From IMG/VR virus record IMGVR_UViG_3300010354_000044, positions 96,001-160,000 of that record: 64,000 nt of DNA; one strand, given 5' to 3'. Numbering within the stretch: the first letter of the stretch is position 1; each line of letters opens with the position of its first letter. This stretch comes from a virus. A program made the translations under genes and the position numbers. The notes beneath the pieces are model-generated. The model saw only the letters and a list, made by a program, of their open reading frames with translations. It was not told the origin of the DNA and searched no databases. Shown here piece by piece: positions 9,220-16,865 of this stretch.

Positions 9220-9993
9220 ATGGCTGAGGTAACTACAATTACCCTGCCTGGAAGGGTAGAGTTAAAAATGGTAGCTATTCCAGAAGGGAGCTTTCCCATG
9301 GGCTCCCCTGCAGATAACATTGGGTTTTACTATAACGAGGGGCCACAGCATCAAGTAACACTGAATTCTTTCCTCATGGGTAAATACCCAATTACCCAGG
9401 CTCAATGGCGGGCTGTAGCGACCTTACCAGAGATTGAGATTAGTCTAGACCCCGATCCTTCAGCCTTCAAGGGGGATAACCGCCCCGTAGAGCAGGTGAA
9501 CTGGCATGAAGCCTTAGAGTTCTGCTACAGACTGTCTACCTATACTGGTACTGTTTATACTTTACCTAGCGAGGCTCAGTGGGAGTATGCCTGCCGTGCT
9601 GGTACTACTACGGCGTTTCATTTCGGCGAGACAATTTCTACCAACCAAGCTAACTACAACGGTAGTTATATTTACGCTAATGGCCACAAAGGAGTCTGGC
9701 GGGAGGAGACGACTGAGGTGGGCATGTTTCCTGCAAACGCCTTTGGTCTCCATGACATGCACGGTAATGTGTACGAGTGGTGTTTAGATAACTATGAGAT
9801 CAGCTACCGAGGCGCTCCAACCGATGGAAGCGCCTGGAAGCGTAAGAAGAGCCCATGGGAGATTCGCCATATACTCCGTGGAGGCTCTTGGGTTGATGGC
9901 CCTTGGTATTGCCGTAGTGCCCAGCGAGGATTCCTTAAAGAGTTTGTTTCAGATAGTTATATTGGCTTTCGTGTTGTATGTCTGCTGAAGTAG
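9220..9993 (+). CDS. FGE-sulfatase/CLec domain protein 3
   Basis: LPSEAQWEYACRAG, NAFGLHDMHGNVYEWC, RGGSW...GFRVVC. Confidence 0.93.
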   Translation: MAEVTTITLPGRVELKMVAIPEGSFPMGSPADNIGFYYNEGPQHQVTLNSFLMGKYPITQAQWRAVATLPEIEISLDPDPSAFKGDNRPVEQVNWHEALEFCYRLSTYTGTVYTLPSEAQWEYACRAGTTTAFHFGETISTNQANYNGSYIYANGHKGVWREETTEVGMFPANAFGLHDMHGNVYEWCLDNYEISYRGAPTDGSAWKRKKSPWEIRHILRGGSWVDGPWYCRSAQRGFLKEFVSDSYIGFRVVCLLK

Positions 9994-10007
9994 CCCGGCT
10001 AGCCTGC

Positions 10008-10217
10008 CACCCTAGCGGCCCCGCGGCTGCTGGGGTGCTCTTGTAAATTATTTTGGAGTTATAAAAATGTCTCAGCAACAAAAGACTGTTCAAGACTATG
10101 ACAAACAGTTAAAAGAGGCTCGTAAGAAAATCGAGCAAAACGCTACCTGGAGAAAAGCACAGGGTAAGTCTTAGTTCTATCACGTGCACCCTAGCGGTCC
10201 CGTGGCTGCTGGGGTGC
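10008..10217 (+). repeat. duplicated GC-rich hairpin (10008-10037 and 10186-10217)
   Basis: CACCCTAGCGG(C/T)C-CCG(C/T)-GGCTGCTGGGGTGC twice, each followed by TTGTAAAT. Confidence 0.85.
10067..10174 (+). CDS. 35-aa basic peptide between the duplicated hairpins
   Basis: GGAG SD; MSQQQKTVQDYDKQLKEARKKIEQNATWRKAQGKS. Confidence 0.55.
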   Translation: MSQQQKTVQDYDKQLKEARKKIEQNATWRKAQGKS

Positions 10218-10252
10218 TACCGTTGTAAATACTTCTGTTTAATAAAGAGTCA

Positions 10253-10678
10253 ATGAAAATCACAACTGATGGGCAATATCTGAATGTAACCTGGGGAAAA
10301 CAAATCAACACTAGGCATATTAGCAGGATTGAGCTCAAGGCATCTAATGGCGCGACCGGCGTATTAATTTGGGATCACCCAAAAAGTAGGCCTACATTTC
10401 TGGGCGATAACATGACCCAAGAACAATCGGCTGCGGGGGAGAAAGCTAAACATGAGATCCTGCAAGCAAAGCATAATATCATTAAAAGTACACTTGATTT
10501 CTTGCAACTTTTTCAAGACGGTGGCTGGCATACTATCTACCCTGTACCTTACTGTCCTACTAACACTAATTCTAGTGGTAGTGCTAAAGATGCTAAAGGC
10601 CGCGACCCCGTGGAGGCTTTTCAAGAACTGCAGGACTTGCTTGAGGGTTCGGTTATTGACGAAAGTGAAATTGACTAG
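10253..10678 (+). CDS. hypothetical protein
   Basis: 141-aa ORF. Confidence 0.6.
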   Translation: MKITTDGQYLNVTWGKQINTRHISRIELKASNGATGVLIWDHPKSRPTFLGDNMTQEQSAAGEKAKHEILQAKHNIIKSTLDFLQLFQDGGWHTIYPVPYCPTNTNSSGSAKDAKGRDPVEAFQELQDLLEGSVIDESEID

Positions 10679-10805
10679 CCTGCCTTTTATAGGCCTCTAC
10701 GTAGTCGAAGTGCTACCTATACAGCTTTGTAGTCCCGGTCCGTAACCTCGTAAAACCACTTCAGGTCGCTTTAGTAACGCCCTGAAATATGTACAAACTA
10801 ATTAG

Positions 10806-11015
10806 GTGTTAACTATGCTACTACCTATCACCCTTGATTTACCCCCACAGGCTGCGCCCACCGAGATTGTTCAGGCTGCTAGTTTGAGCTCTATCCCTGA
10901 TTGGGCCCTTACCTCTGAAGGCGAACTGGATAAGTCAGGCGGGGACCCCCGGGCTGAGTTCCCAGACAACCGCCAAGGGACCGGAGGTCCTGTTCCTCGG
11001 GCTCCCCGGAAGTAA
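10806..11015 (+). CDS. small Pro/Gly-rich hypothetical protein
   Basis: 69-aa ORF. Confidence 0.45.
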   Translation: MLTMLLPITLDLPPQAAPTEIVQAASLSSIPDWALTSEGELDKSGGDPRAEFPDNRQGTGGPVPRAPRK

Positions 11016-11088
11016 CTGCGGGTGCTAAGCTAATCCTAGGCCCTGTTATATAACAAGGCCTAGGTACTTTAACCTTTGGAGGTATACT

Positions 11089-11295
11089 ATGGCAGCAACA
11101 TGGCGGCAGATCCATGAAATAACGTCCCAAATGTCTGAGGACCAATTAGATCAACCTGTTTTACTTGAGGGTGATTGTTGGGAAGGTGTACACCTTGGTG
11201 TTATGTCCGAAGAGGATGTAAAACAGTATGGGAGTGAGCATGGGCCAGATCCTAACGTAAAGGTAGGAACACCTTACCTAAGTACTTGGGAGTGA
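11089..11295 (+). CDS. hypothetical protein
   Basis: GGAGG SD; TWRQIHE...MSEDQLDQPV motif. Confidence 0.6.
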   Translation: MAATWRQIHEITSQMSEDQLDQPVLLEGDCWEGVHLGVMSEEDVKQYGSEHGPDPNVKVGTPYLSTWE

Positions 11296-11359
11296 TATAT
11301 TTGCGCCAGAGGCCATTTTCTGTGTGTAGCAGAGCTACAGAATCATAATAAGTAGTATT

Positions 11360-11641
11360 TTGGAGAATTTTAACGTGGCTGAAAAGATTGCGCAAATGAA
11401 TGGCAAAGATTTTGCCTGCGTCCTCGGACTTGTAGCAACAAGAGCTTTTCTTGCATTGCTAAATCGGGACCTAAAAGATCTAGAAGATGGAACTACCTCT
11501 AGGGAGAAGCTAAAAGAGTCGCTGCCGCGGCGCGAAGCCTTATTAGCTAAATTCGCTGAATCTGAGGTCCCGGAAGATATTCTGGCTGCTCACCAAGTAA
11601 CGGATAAGTTTAGCGCCTACAAAAAATTCTTGGAAAACTAA
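11360..11641 (+). CDS. hypothetical protein
   Basis: TAATG coupling to the next gene. Confidence 0.55.
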   Translation: MENFNVAEKIAQMNGKDFACVLGLVATRAFLALLNRDLKDLEDGTTSREKLKESLPRREALLAKFAESEVPEDILAAHQVTDKFSAYKKFLEN

Positions 11642-11868
11642 TGCGTAAATTGATACTCAACCTAAGAAAAAAGATTGTAGACATAGTCGCGGGTTTATGC
11701 CTCGGGTGTTTACAACTTTTTATCATTGTTGTAGCCGTTCTTATAGGACTGGCTCCGTTTGTCGGTCTTGTATTCGCGATTGATTGGATATTAACTTACC
11801 TTGGACTCAATGTGCCTTTGTGGGTTACAGCGTTCATAATCTTCTTTATATGGCCTAAGAGGCAGTAA
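11641..11868 (+). CDS. small membrane protein
   Basis: Hydrophobic, 2 TM. Confidence 0.6.
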   Translation: MRKLILNLRKKIVDIVAGLCLGCLQLFIIVVAVLIGLAPFVGLVFAIDWILTYLGLNVPLWVTAFIIFFIWPKRQ

Positions 11869-11872
11869 AAAC

Positions 11873-12034
11873 ATGGCTAAACTCCCCGTAGCAGCTATTA
11901 TAGCTGCTATAGTTTTCCTGCTATTAACGGCTGCTTTCGCGTACCTTGCATCAATGATCCCGCCGCATCTTCTTCCTCCTTTGTTACTTCTGTGGCTGAT
12001 AGGAGTCTTAACAGCAAAGGCTTTCGGTCTTTGA
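11873..12034 (+). CDS. small membrane protein (53 aa, not in ORF track)
   Basis: MAKLPVAAIIAAIVFLLLTAAFAYLA...; 2 TM. Confidence 0.55.
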   Translation: MAKLPVAAIIAAIVFLLLTAAFAYLASMIPPHLLPPLLLLWLIGVLTAKAFGL

Positions 12035-12105
12035 TCTGACCAGTTTCTAAACACTCCAGCTCTTAGGCAGCTCGCGCCCGTGGTTCCTTAATTTAACAAA
12101 AAGTC

Positions 12106-12273
12106 ATGCTAAAAGGAGCTATCATCGCTTTTGGTGTCCTGCTTCTATTGGCAGCTCTCACAGGCCTCGCACTAATGATCATCCATCTGTTTGGTTTAGT
12201 AGGAATTCAGGTTCCTTTTTTATTTGGCCTGTGGCTAGCCGTTATTTTCCTAATATGCCTAGCCTCCATTTAA
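12106..12273 (+). CDS. small membrane protein (55 aa, not in ORF track)
   Basis: MLKGAIIAFGVLLLLAALTG...; 2 TM. Confidence 0.55.
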   Translation: MLKGAIIAFGVLLLLAALTGLALMIIHLFGLVGIQVPFLFGLWLAVIFLICLASI

Positions 12274-12289
12274 CTTACGGAGACAAATT

Positions 12290-12631
12290 ATGACACTACA
12301 CGAACTCGACATTAAATCACAGGTAAGTCGGCAGGTCGTTAAACAGGAACTTGCCGAATCATTTACCCGTAAACCACCCTTTCCAGTATTGCAAATAGAG
12401 AATGATGTGGCCAAGTTTATACAACTAGTAAATCACTGCCTTTATGTAGGCGATAAGGACTTGCTGCTGACCTGGGGAATTAACCCTATCAAAGAAAATC
12501 CGGGGTTACTTGGCTCTAACGATTTTGGGCTGTATAAAGAGACGTTTGAAAATCTTTATGAAAAAGCCCAGATAGAGCTAGAAAAGCAATGCTTCCTTGA
12601 GCTTGTGCAGCTGTTCTCTTCCTTTACTTAA
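12290..12631 (+). CDS. truncated phycobiliprotein-like (globin-fold) protein
   Basis: DVAKFIQLVNHCLYVG...LLTWGINPIKE...Y...F.N aligns by eye with the phycoerythrin-alpha RDxxxYxRLINYCLVxG...LDEWGIxGxxE segment. Confidence 0.55.
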   Translation: MTLHELDIKSQVSRQVVKQELAESFTRKPPFPVLQIENDVAKFIQLVNHCLYVGDKDLLLTWGINPIKENPGLLGSNDFGLYKETFENLYEKAQIELEKQCFLELVQLFSSFT

Positions 12632-12639
12632 TAAATCAA

Positions 12640-13296
12640 ATGAAAATATTTGAATCCTTAGTTAAACTCAGCAACTCCTGGGATGCCGATTTGGCTCAGA
12701 AGTTAGCTCTGCTTTACCTAGAAAGCCCCTGCCGCGCCGCTGAGCTGCATGAGATCGGGGTCAGCGATAGTTTGACCATATGGCTTCATTCTCAGGTTAC
12801 CTACGACCGCGGCGCGTGGGTAGACAAAAAGACTGGGTGTCGGTGCGCTGCTGTAAAAGATAATCATGATTATGATCTTTCCCTGCTAACTCAGCAGGCT
12901 GAAAATGGTTTACTGCATATAGCCAGTAGTGATATCGCAGGGGGCAGTCCTCTATGGTCATTGTCAACAAACGACATATCTCGTTTCATTTGTGTGCTCG
13001 GGCATATTAGGTATGGCATAGGGTTCAGCACCTCTGAAAAGTGCCTCCTATCTATCCTTATGGCGTCCGATTATCGGCAATGGGTTGCTGAAGACCGAAC
13101 ATGGGGTGGACACTGGGAACCCAAGCAAAGAAACTATGGCGCCCAGGCCCTATTGTCTGAGATTGGGCTGCAGGCTGTTACTTTAGATTGGCTAGGGAGG
13201 CCTGAGAAGAGCCGGGAGCATCCGAGGACCAAAGAAATGATGGTCTACTCCCACAAAGTTGTCCTTCCCGAAGCACTACCAACAGGACTCCTCTAA
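12640..13296 (+). CDS. hypothetical protein
   Basis: 218-aa ORF. Confidence 0.6.
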   Translation: MKIFESLVKLSNSWDADLAQKLALLYLESPCRAAELHEIGVSDSLTIWLHSQVTYDRGAWVDKKTGCRCAAVKDNHDYDLSLLTQQAENGLLHIASSDIAGGSPLWSLSTNDISRFICVLGHIRYGIGFSTSEKCLLSILMASDYRQWVAEDRTWGGHWEPKQRNYGAQALLSEIGLQAVTLDWLGRPEKSREHPRTKEMMVYSHKVVLPEALPTGLL

Positions 13297-13371
13297 TACT
13301 TTAAGACATCATGTTCAAAAAGCTAATCATACTTATTCTCCTGTTCATCGCCCTTTTAACAGACACTTCCA

Positions 13372-13710
13372 ATGGAAAATAATGAAAGCGTGGTAGAGCT
13401 AATGGAAATATACGGGGGCTTGTCCAAGCTGCGACCGATTCTTAAAGACGTTCCGCCTGAAAAGTGGGAAGGTCTGATAGAAGCAGCCCGGTATACAATA
13501 GAACTTCGCAAAGAGCTAGAAGAAAGTTCCATTCCTCATGAGGAATGGGGAGGCGCTATAGAGGCTTGCAAGATCCTTCTAGATCTAAAACGTTCTTACA
13601 AGGGCGGAAGTCTAGTTGAGGCCCTTAGCCGTAATCGCAGCCGGATAGCTAACTTAGATACACAATACCAAGCTTGGCTTCTAAGAAACGTTACTATGCT
13701 GATTGATTGA
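13372..13710 (+). CDS. hypothetical protein with internal repeat (PPEKWEGLIEAA / PHEEWGGAIEAC)
   Basis: 112-aa ORF with a duplicated helical unit. Confidence 0.55.
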   Translation: MENNESVVELMEIYGGLSKLRPILKDVPPEKWEGLIEAARYTIELRKELEESSIPHEEWGGAIEACKILLDLKRSYKGGSLVEALSRNRSRIANLDTQYQAWLLRNVTMLID

Positions 13711-13769
13711 GCTCAATCGTTTTCAGAAGTTAATTGTAGGAGAATCAATTTAAAAGTTTTAAAGAATAG

Positions 13770-13799
13770 TTGTCTTTTTTAACTTACGTGTGTTAAGGT
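13770..13799 (+). promoter_or_regulatory. putative sigma70-type promoter
   Basis: TTGTCT-N18-TAAGGT with extended TG, upstream of the 13824 GTG. Confidence 0.4.
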
Positions 13800-13823
13800 A
13801 GAAAGACCTTACTCTAGATAGCC

Positions 13824-14956
13824 GTGTACAAACAAAAACGTAAGCCCAAGAAGAGAGAAGTTGGTCGGCACAGCCCCGGCGCTCAGTCTCGGCTGGATAA
13901 GTTTGTACAGACCCATAGAGCAGAGAAGGAAGCTAATCCTCTGCCCTTGGATTTCTACCGCCCTATTTATCTCCCCAATAACTTCTGGGAGACTCTACGC
14001 AGCTACGGCAATCTGTACGTGTACGCACGTATGCTAGATAAAAAGGGCGCAGGGGTTGTTACCTTTAATACGGACTTTGCAGCGGGCGAGCTCTACATGA
14101 TGCCCCGGACGTGCAAAGATTATATCCGCACCTGCCTGCGGAAAGGTTTGTTTAGGCATATAGAGTGGTTAGACAAAACGACCGTCAAGGTCTATTACAA
14201 CTCTATGCCTAAGCTAATGTTGGGCTTAGAAGCAGAGTCCAACACTGAGATTCTCTTGGAGAGTCCGGAGGACATCCTGAGAAAAAAGTCCTGATTCCTG
14301 AGGATAGTGTCCTCAGGAAGCAGGAACAGAGTCAGTTTCGCGCTCAGCAGGAGCTGCGCACTAAGCTGCAGCAAAAGCTGAAAGACGAACTAAACGTAAG
14401 AAAGTTAGGTGCTGAAGGAGAAGAGCATGTAGAAAAAGAGTTTAAGGACCAAATGCTCACGCTTGCCGACTTCTTTAGAAAACCCTCTGTTAATGCCGGG
14501 GGCACTGTTTTGAAGAGGAAAAGTAAACGCCGAAAACGGCGGAATAAAGCTCTTATTTATCGCGGCAAGCGGTTCACGTTGGCGCATCCAGACGCCCCTC
14601 TGTTTGGAGCTACCCAGAAGGCGATCGGCTTAGAGATAGGCCGGGCCCGCAAGACTGTATCCCGACGGCTATCTAATAGCTATCGGGAGAAAGTGGCAAA
14701 GAAATATAAGATCACTATCAAACCCCTTCAGCGCACCCAGGTGTTAATCCATTTGGGTGATGCCGCTGCTGCAGAACAGGCCCAGCGAGAGTCGCTTGAG
14801 CGCCTCCCGATTGCGGTCTACAACGATAAATCTTATATTTGCCGGCCTAACGTCTACAAGGGGACAGCAGAGACACCAAGAAGCCAACGGCGGGTGCGTC
14901 AGCACCTTCGCCAACTTGAAGCTAAGCTACAAAAGCGTAGCTCCGATGATGCTTGA
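13824..14956 (+). CDS. HTH DNA-binding / putative replication-initiator protein expressed via -1 frameshift (156-aa short form, ~377-aa fusion)
   Basis: Frame 0 is 13824-14294; the -1 frame is open 14249-14956; wHTH-like segments in both halves (ATQKAIGLEIGRARKTVSRRL). Confidence 0.75.
14267..14319 (+). promoter_or_regulatory. programmed -1 ribosomal frameshift signal
   Basis: GGAGG 14267-71, 10 nt, A_AAA_AAG 14282-88 in frame, 6 nt, 10-bp hairpin TTCCTGAGGA-TAGTG-TCCTCAGGAA 14295-14319. Confidence 0.85.
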
Positions 14957-15014
14957 TTTTATCAAGCGTTGCTTCTTGGGTTTGGTTGCTTCAACACTAG
15001 CGCCCCTCCGCTAG

Positions 15015-15350
15015 GTTGTAGCAGCGAAGCGAAAAATTTATTGAAATAATATTTTCTTCGCTTCGCTGCTGGATTTTCAGCTCCGCCAGTTTTTTTTGGT
15101 GAGCTGCCCCGTGAAAAATTTTTTTATTATTTTTTTTTTGCGGGGCATGAAAGGGGGGTTATTCTTACACAAGGAAAAAGCTAGGGTATCCTTAGCTTGA
15201 TTTTTAGTGTAAAGTTATTTTTTATATTAATTTCGGGAATTAAGGGATTAAAGTTAAACCTATAGTTTTTGATAGGGGCTGCGCCCCTATCTTTTTTTTT
15301 GATTAACTTTCTAAATGTCCTTTAGAAGTTTGTATGGGTACAAACTGAAT
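15015..15350. other. non-coding AT-rich multi-hairpin region, putative replication origin
   Basis: About 7 inverted repeats including AGCAGCGAAGCGAA/TTCGCTTCGCTGCT; long T tracts; no ORF. Confidence 0.5.
15271..15300 (+). terminator. intrinsic terminator
   Basis: GATAGGGGC-TGC-GCCCCTATC followed by T9. Confidence 0.7.
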
Positions 15351-15354
15351 CAAC

Positions 15355-15753
15355 ATGTTCTATTCCTTTGAGTTATTCGGACCGCGCTTGCGCGCGTACG
15401 AGCAGAAATTAGCTGAGCTATCGCTGTATGACCCCCCAAGCCCCCCTTCCCCCCAAACCTCGGCAGAAGGACTTAGCGATACATCGCCCTTCCAGGAGGC
15501 TATTGATGCAGGATTAGCTATGCTAGACTGTATAAAACCAGCATCTACCGAAACCTACGGCCAACACTTTCTAAGCGTTGTCAAGCTAATAGTAAGAGCG
15601 CAGCAATACCCGCTGGCTTTACAACTCATTACAGATTACCGTTGCCCCGCTAAGTACATCTCGGGCGAACTAAAGACTTTAAAGGAAGCTATCAACACAT
15701 GTCTTACTTCACCGGCTACAGACAACGACTGCAGCTCAACCATCAGAACTTAG
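15355..15753 (+). CDS. hypothetical protein (contains C-tract element copy 2)
   Basis: 132-aa ORF. Confidence 0.55.
   Translation: MFYSFELFGPRLRAYEQKLAELSLYDPPSPPSPQTSAEGLSDTSPFQEAIDAGLAMLDCIKPASTETYGQHFLSVVKLIVRAQQYPLALQLITDYRCPAKYISGELKTLKEAINTCLTSPATDNDCSSTIRT
15432..15470 (+). repeat. C-tract/CGGCAG element, copy 2
   Basis: CCCCCCAAGCCCCCCTTCCCCCCAAACCTCGGCAGAAGG. Confidence 0.7.
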
Positions 15754-16220
15754 TAGAGCTCGCGTTGCAGTTAACCCAGGAAGGCCTTCGGGTGCAGTAT
15801 TATCTCCCTTCTGGTAGGACTCTCTTAAGCTCTCTGCGCGTCATTGACGGCGAGGAGTATCAACATCGGGTATCCAAAGAAGGACATTACTACTGGTATA
15901 AGATCTTCGTCAATGCCGTGCGTATTCAATTCAACACAGTCCCATACCGGTGGACATTTGAATACGATACGATCCCAGACTACCAGCACGGCTCTAGCAC
16001 TACCGGGAAAGAATTTATCGTAAATCCTTTATGTGGGGGCCGTCCTGGGTATGCCGACTGGAATAGGTTACCCTTTAGCGTGCAAGACGTTAAGGACAAT
16101 CTCCGGCCCTTCTACCTGCGTAATATCGGTGATCGCCAGCCTGGAATCCTTGATTATGTAGACCTTGTTCCACAAATGCCCGTAAACTTTAATGAAATCA
16201 AAGGAAGCTATGATGTGTAG
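15699..16220 (+). CDS. hypothetical protein
   Basis: 173-aa ORF with AAGGA SD. Confidence 0.6.
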   Translation: MSYFTGYRQRLQLNHQNLVELALQLTQEGLRVQYYLPSGRTLLSSLRVIDGEEYQHRVSKEGHYYWYKIFVNAVRIQFNTVPYRWTFEYDTIPDYQHGSSTTGKEFIVNPLCGGRPGYADWNRLPFSVQDVKDNLRPFYLRNIGDRQPGILDYVDLVPQMPVNFNEIKGSYDV

Positions 16221-16221
16221 A

Positions 16222-16398
16222 ATGACTAAAAGGCAACTACGAAAGATCAACCTATATTACTGTGTTTCTGCATCTCTTGTAATCTTACTTGCATTACTCT
16301 TGCAGTCTCCAATATCTAACCCGCTGACTCCCTTCCTAATTTCAGCAGTCTTTGTAGTTGGCATTTGGCTCTGGTTCATGAACCTGTTTGTCCGCTAA
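16222..16398 (+). CDS. 2-TM membrane protein, paralog 1 of 3
   Basis: MTKRQLRKINLYY...GIWLWFMNL. Confidence 0.65.
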   Translation: MTKRQLRKINLYYCVSASLVILLALLLQSPISNPLTPFLISAVFVVGIWLWFMNLFVR

Positions 16399-16436
16399 CT
16401 TTCTAAACCCTACCCCGAGGAAAATAACAATATACA

Positions 16437-16607
16437 ATGCCTAAAAAACAAGTACGCGCATTCAATAACTATTACCTCGCTTTTGCAACTCCCGTGCTTT
16501 TACTCGGGCTGCTTCTGCAGTCCGCAATAGGATTTAATGCCGTAACCGTTATCGTAACCATGGCAGTCGCCATAATAGGCGTTTGGCTATTGCTCAAAAA
16601 TTTGTAG
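16437..16607 (+). CDS. 2-TM membrane protein, paralog 2 of 3 (not in ORF track)
   Basis: MPKKQVRAFNNYY...GVWLLLKNL. Confidence 0.65.
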   Translation: MPKKQVRAFNNYYLAFATPVLLLGLLLQSAIGFNAVTVIVTMAVAIIGVWLLLKNL

Positions 16608-16658
16608 AGTCAGCGTCGGAAGGATGTCACTAATTTAGAAGCGCTTAAAGGTAACAAA

Positions 16659-16838
16659 GTGAATAGAAAACAACTACGGACAATCACACAATATTACATC
16701 TTCTTTGCAGGGCCTGTAATTAGCTTCTCAGCACTGCGGTACGTACTAGCAGGCCCTGATTTAAGCTTTATCGTCATACCCTTGTTAGTGATTCTAATAG
16801 GCCTTTGGGTCTTGTTTCTAAACCTAAAAGCTCGCTAA
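16659..16838 (+). CDS. 2-TM membrane protein, paralog 3 of 3 (not in ORF track)
   Basis: MNRKQLRTITQYY...GLWVLFLNL. Confidence 0.65.
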   Translation: MNRKQLRTITQYYIFFAGPVISFSALRYVLAGPDLSFIVIPLLVILIGLWVLFLNLKAR

Positions 16839-16865
16839 TTGTCTAAACCCTACCCCAAGGAAAAT

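Noticed and set aside
10806-11015. PatS/PatX-like signalling peptide mimic
   Set aside because: Lacks the RGSGR pentapeptide; PDNRQGTGG similarity is too weak.
13824-14956. IS3/IS1-family element, or simply a broken pseudogene
   Set aside because: No DDE triad, terminal inverted repeats or target duplication seen; the coincidence of SD, heptamer and hairpin argues against random decay.
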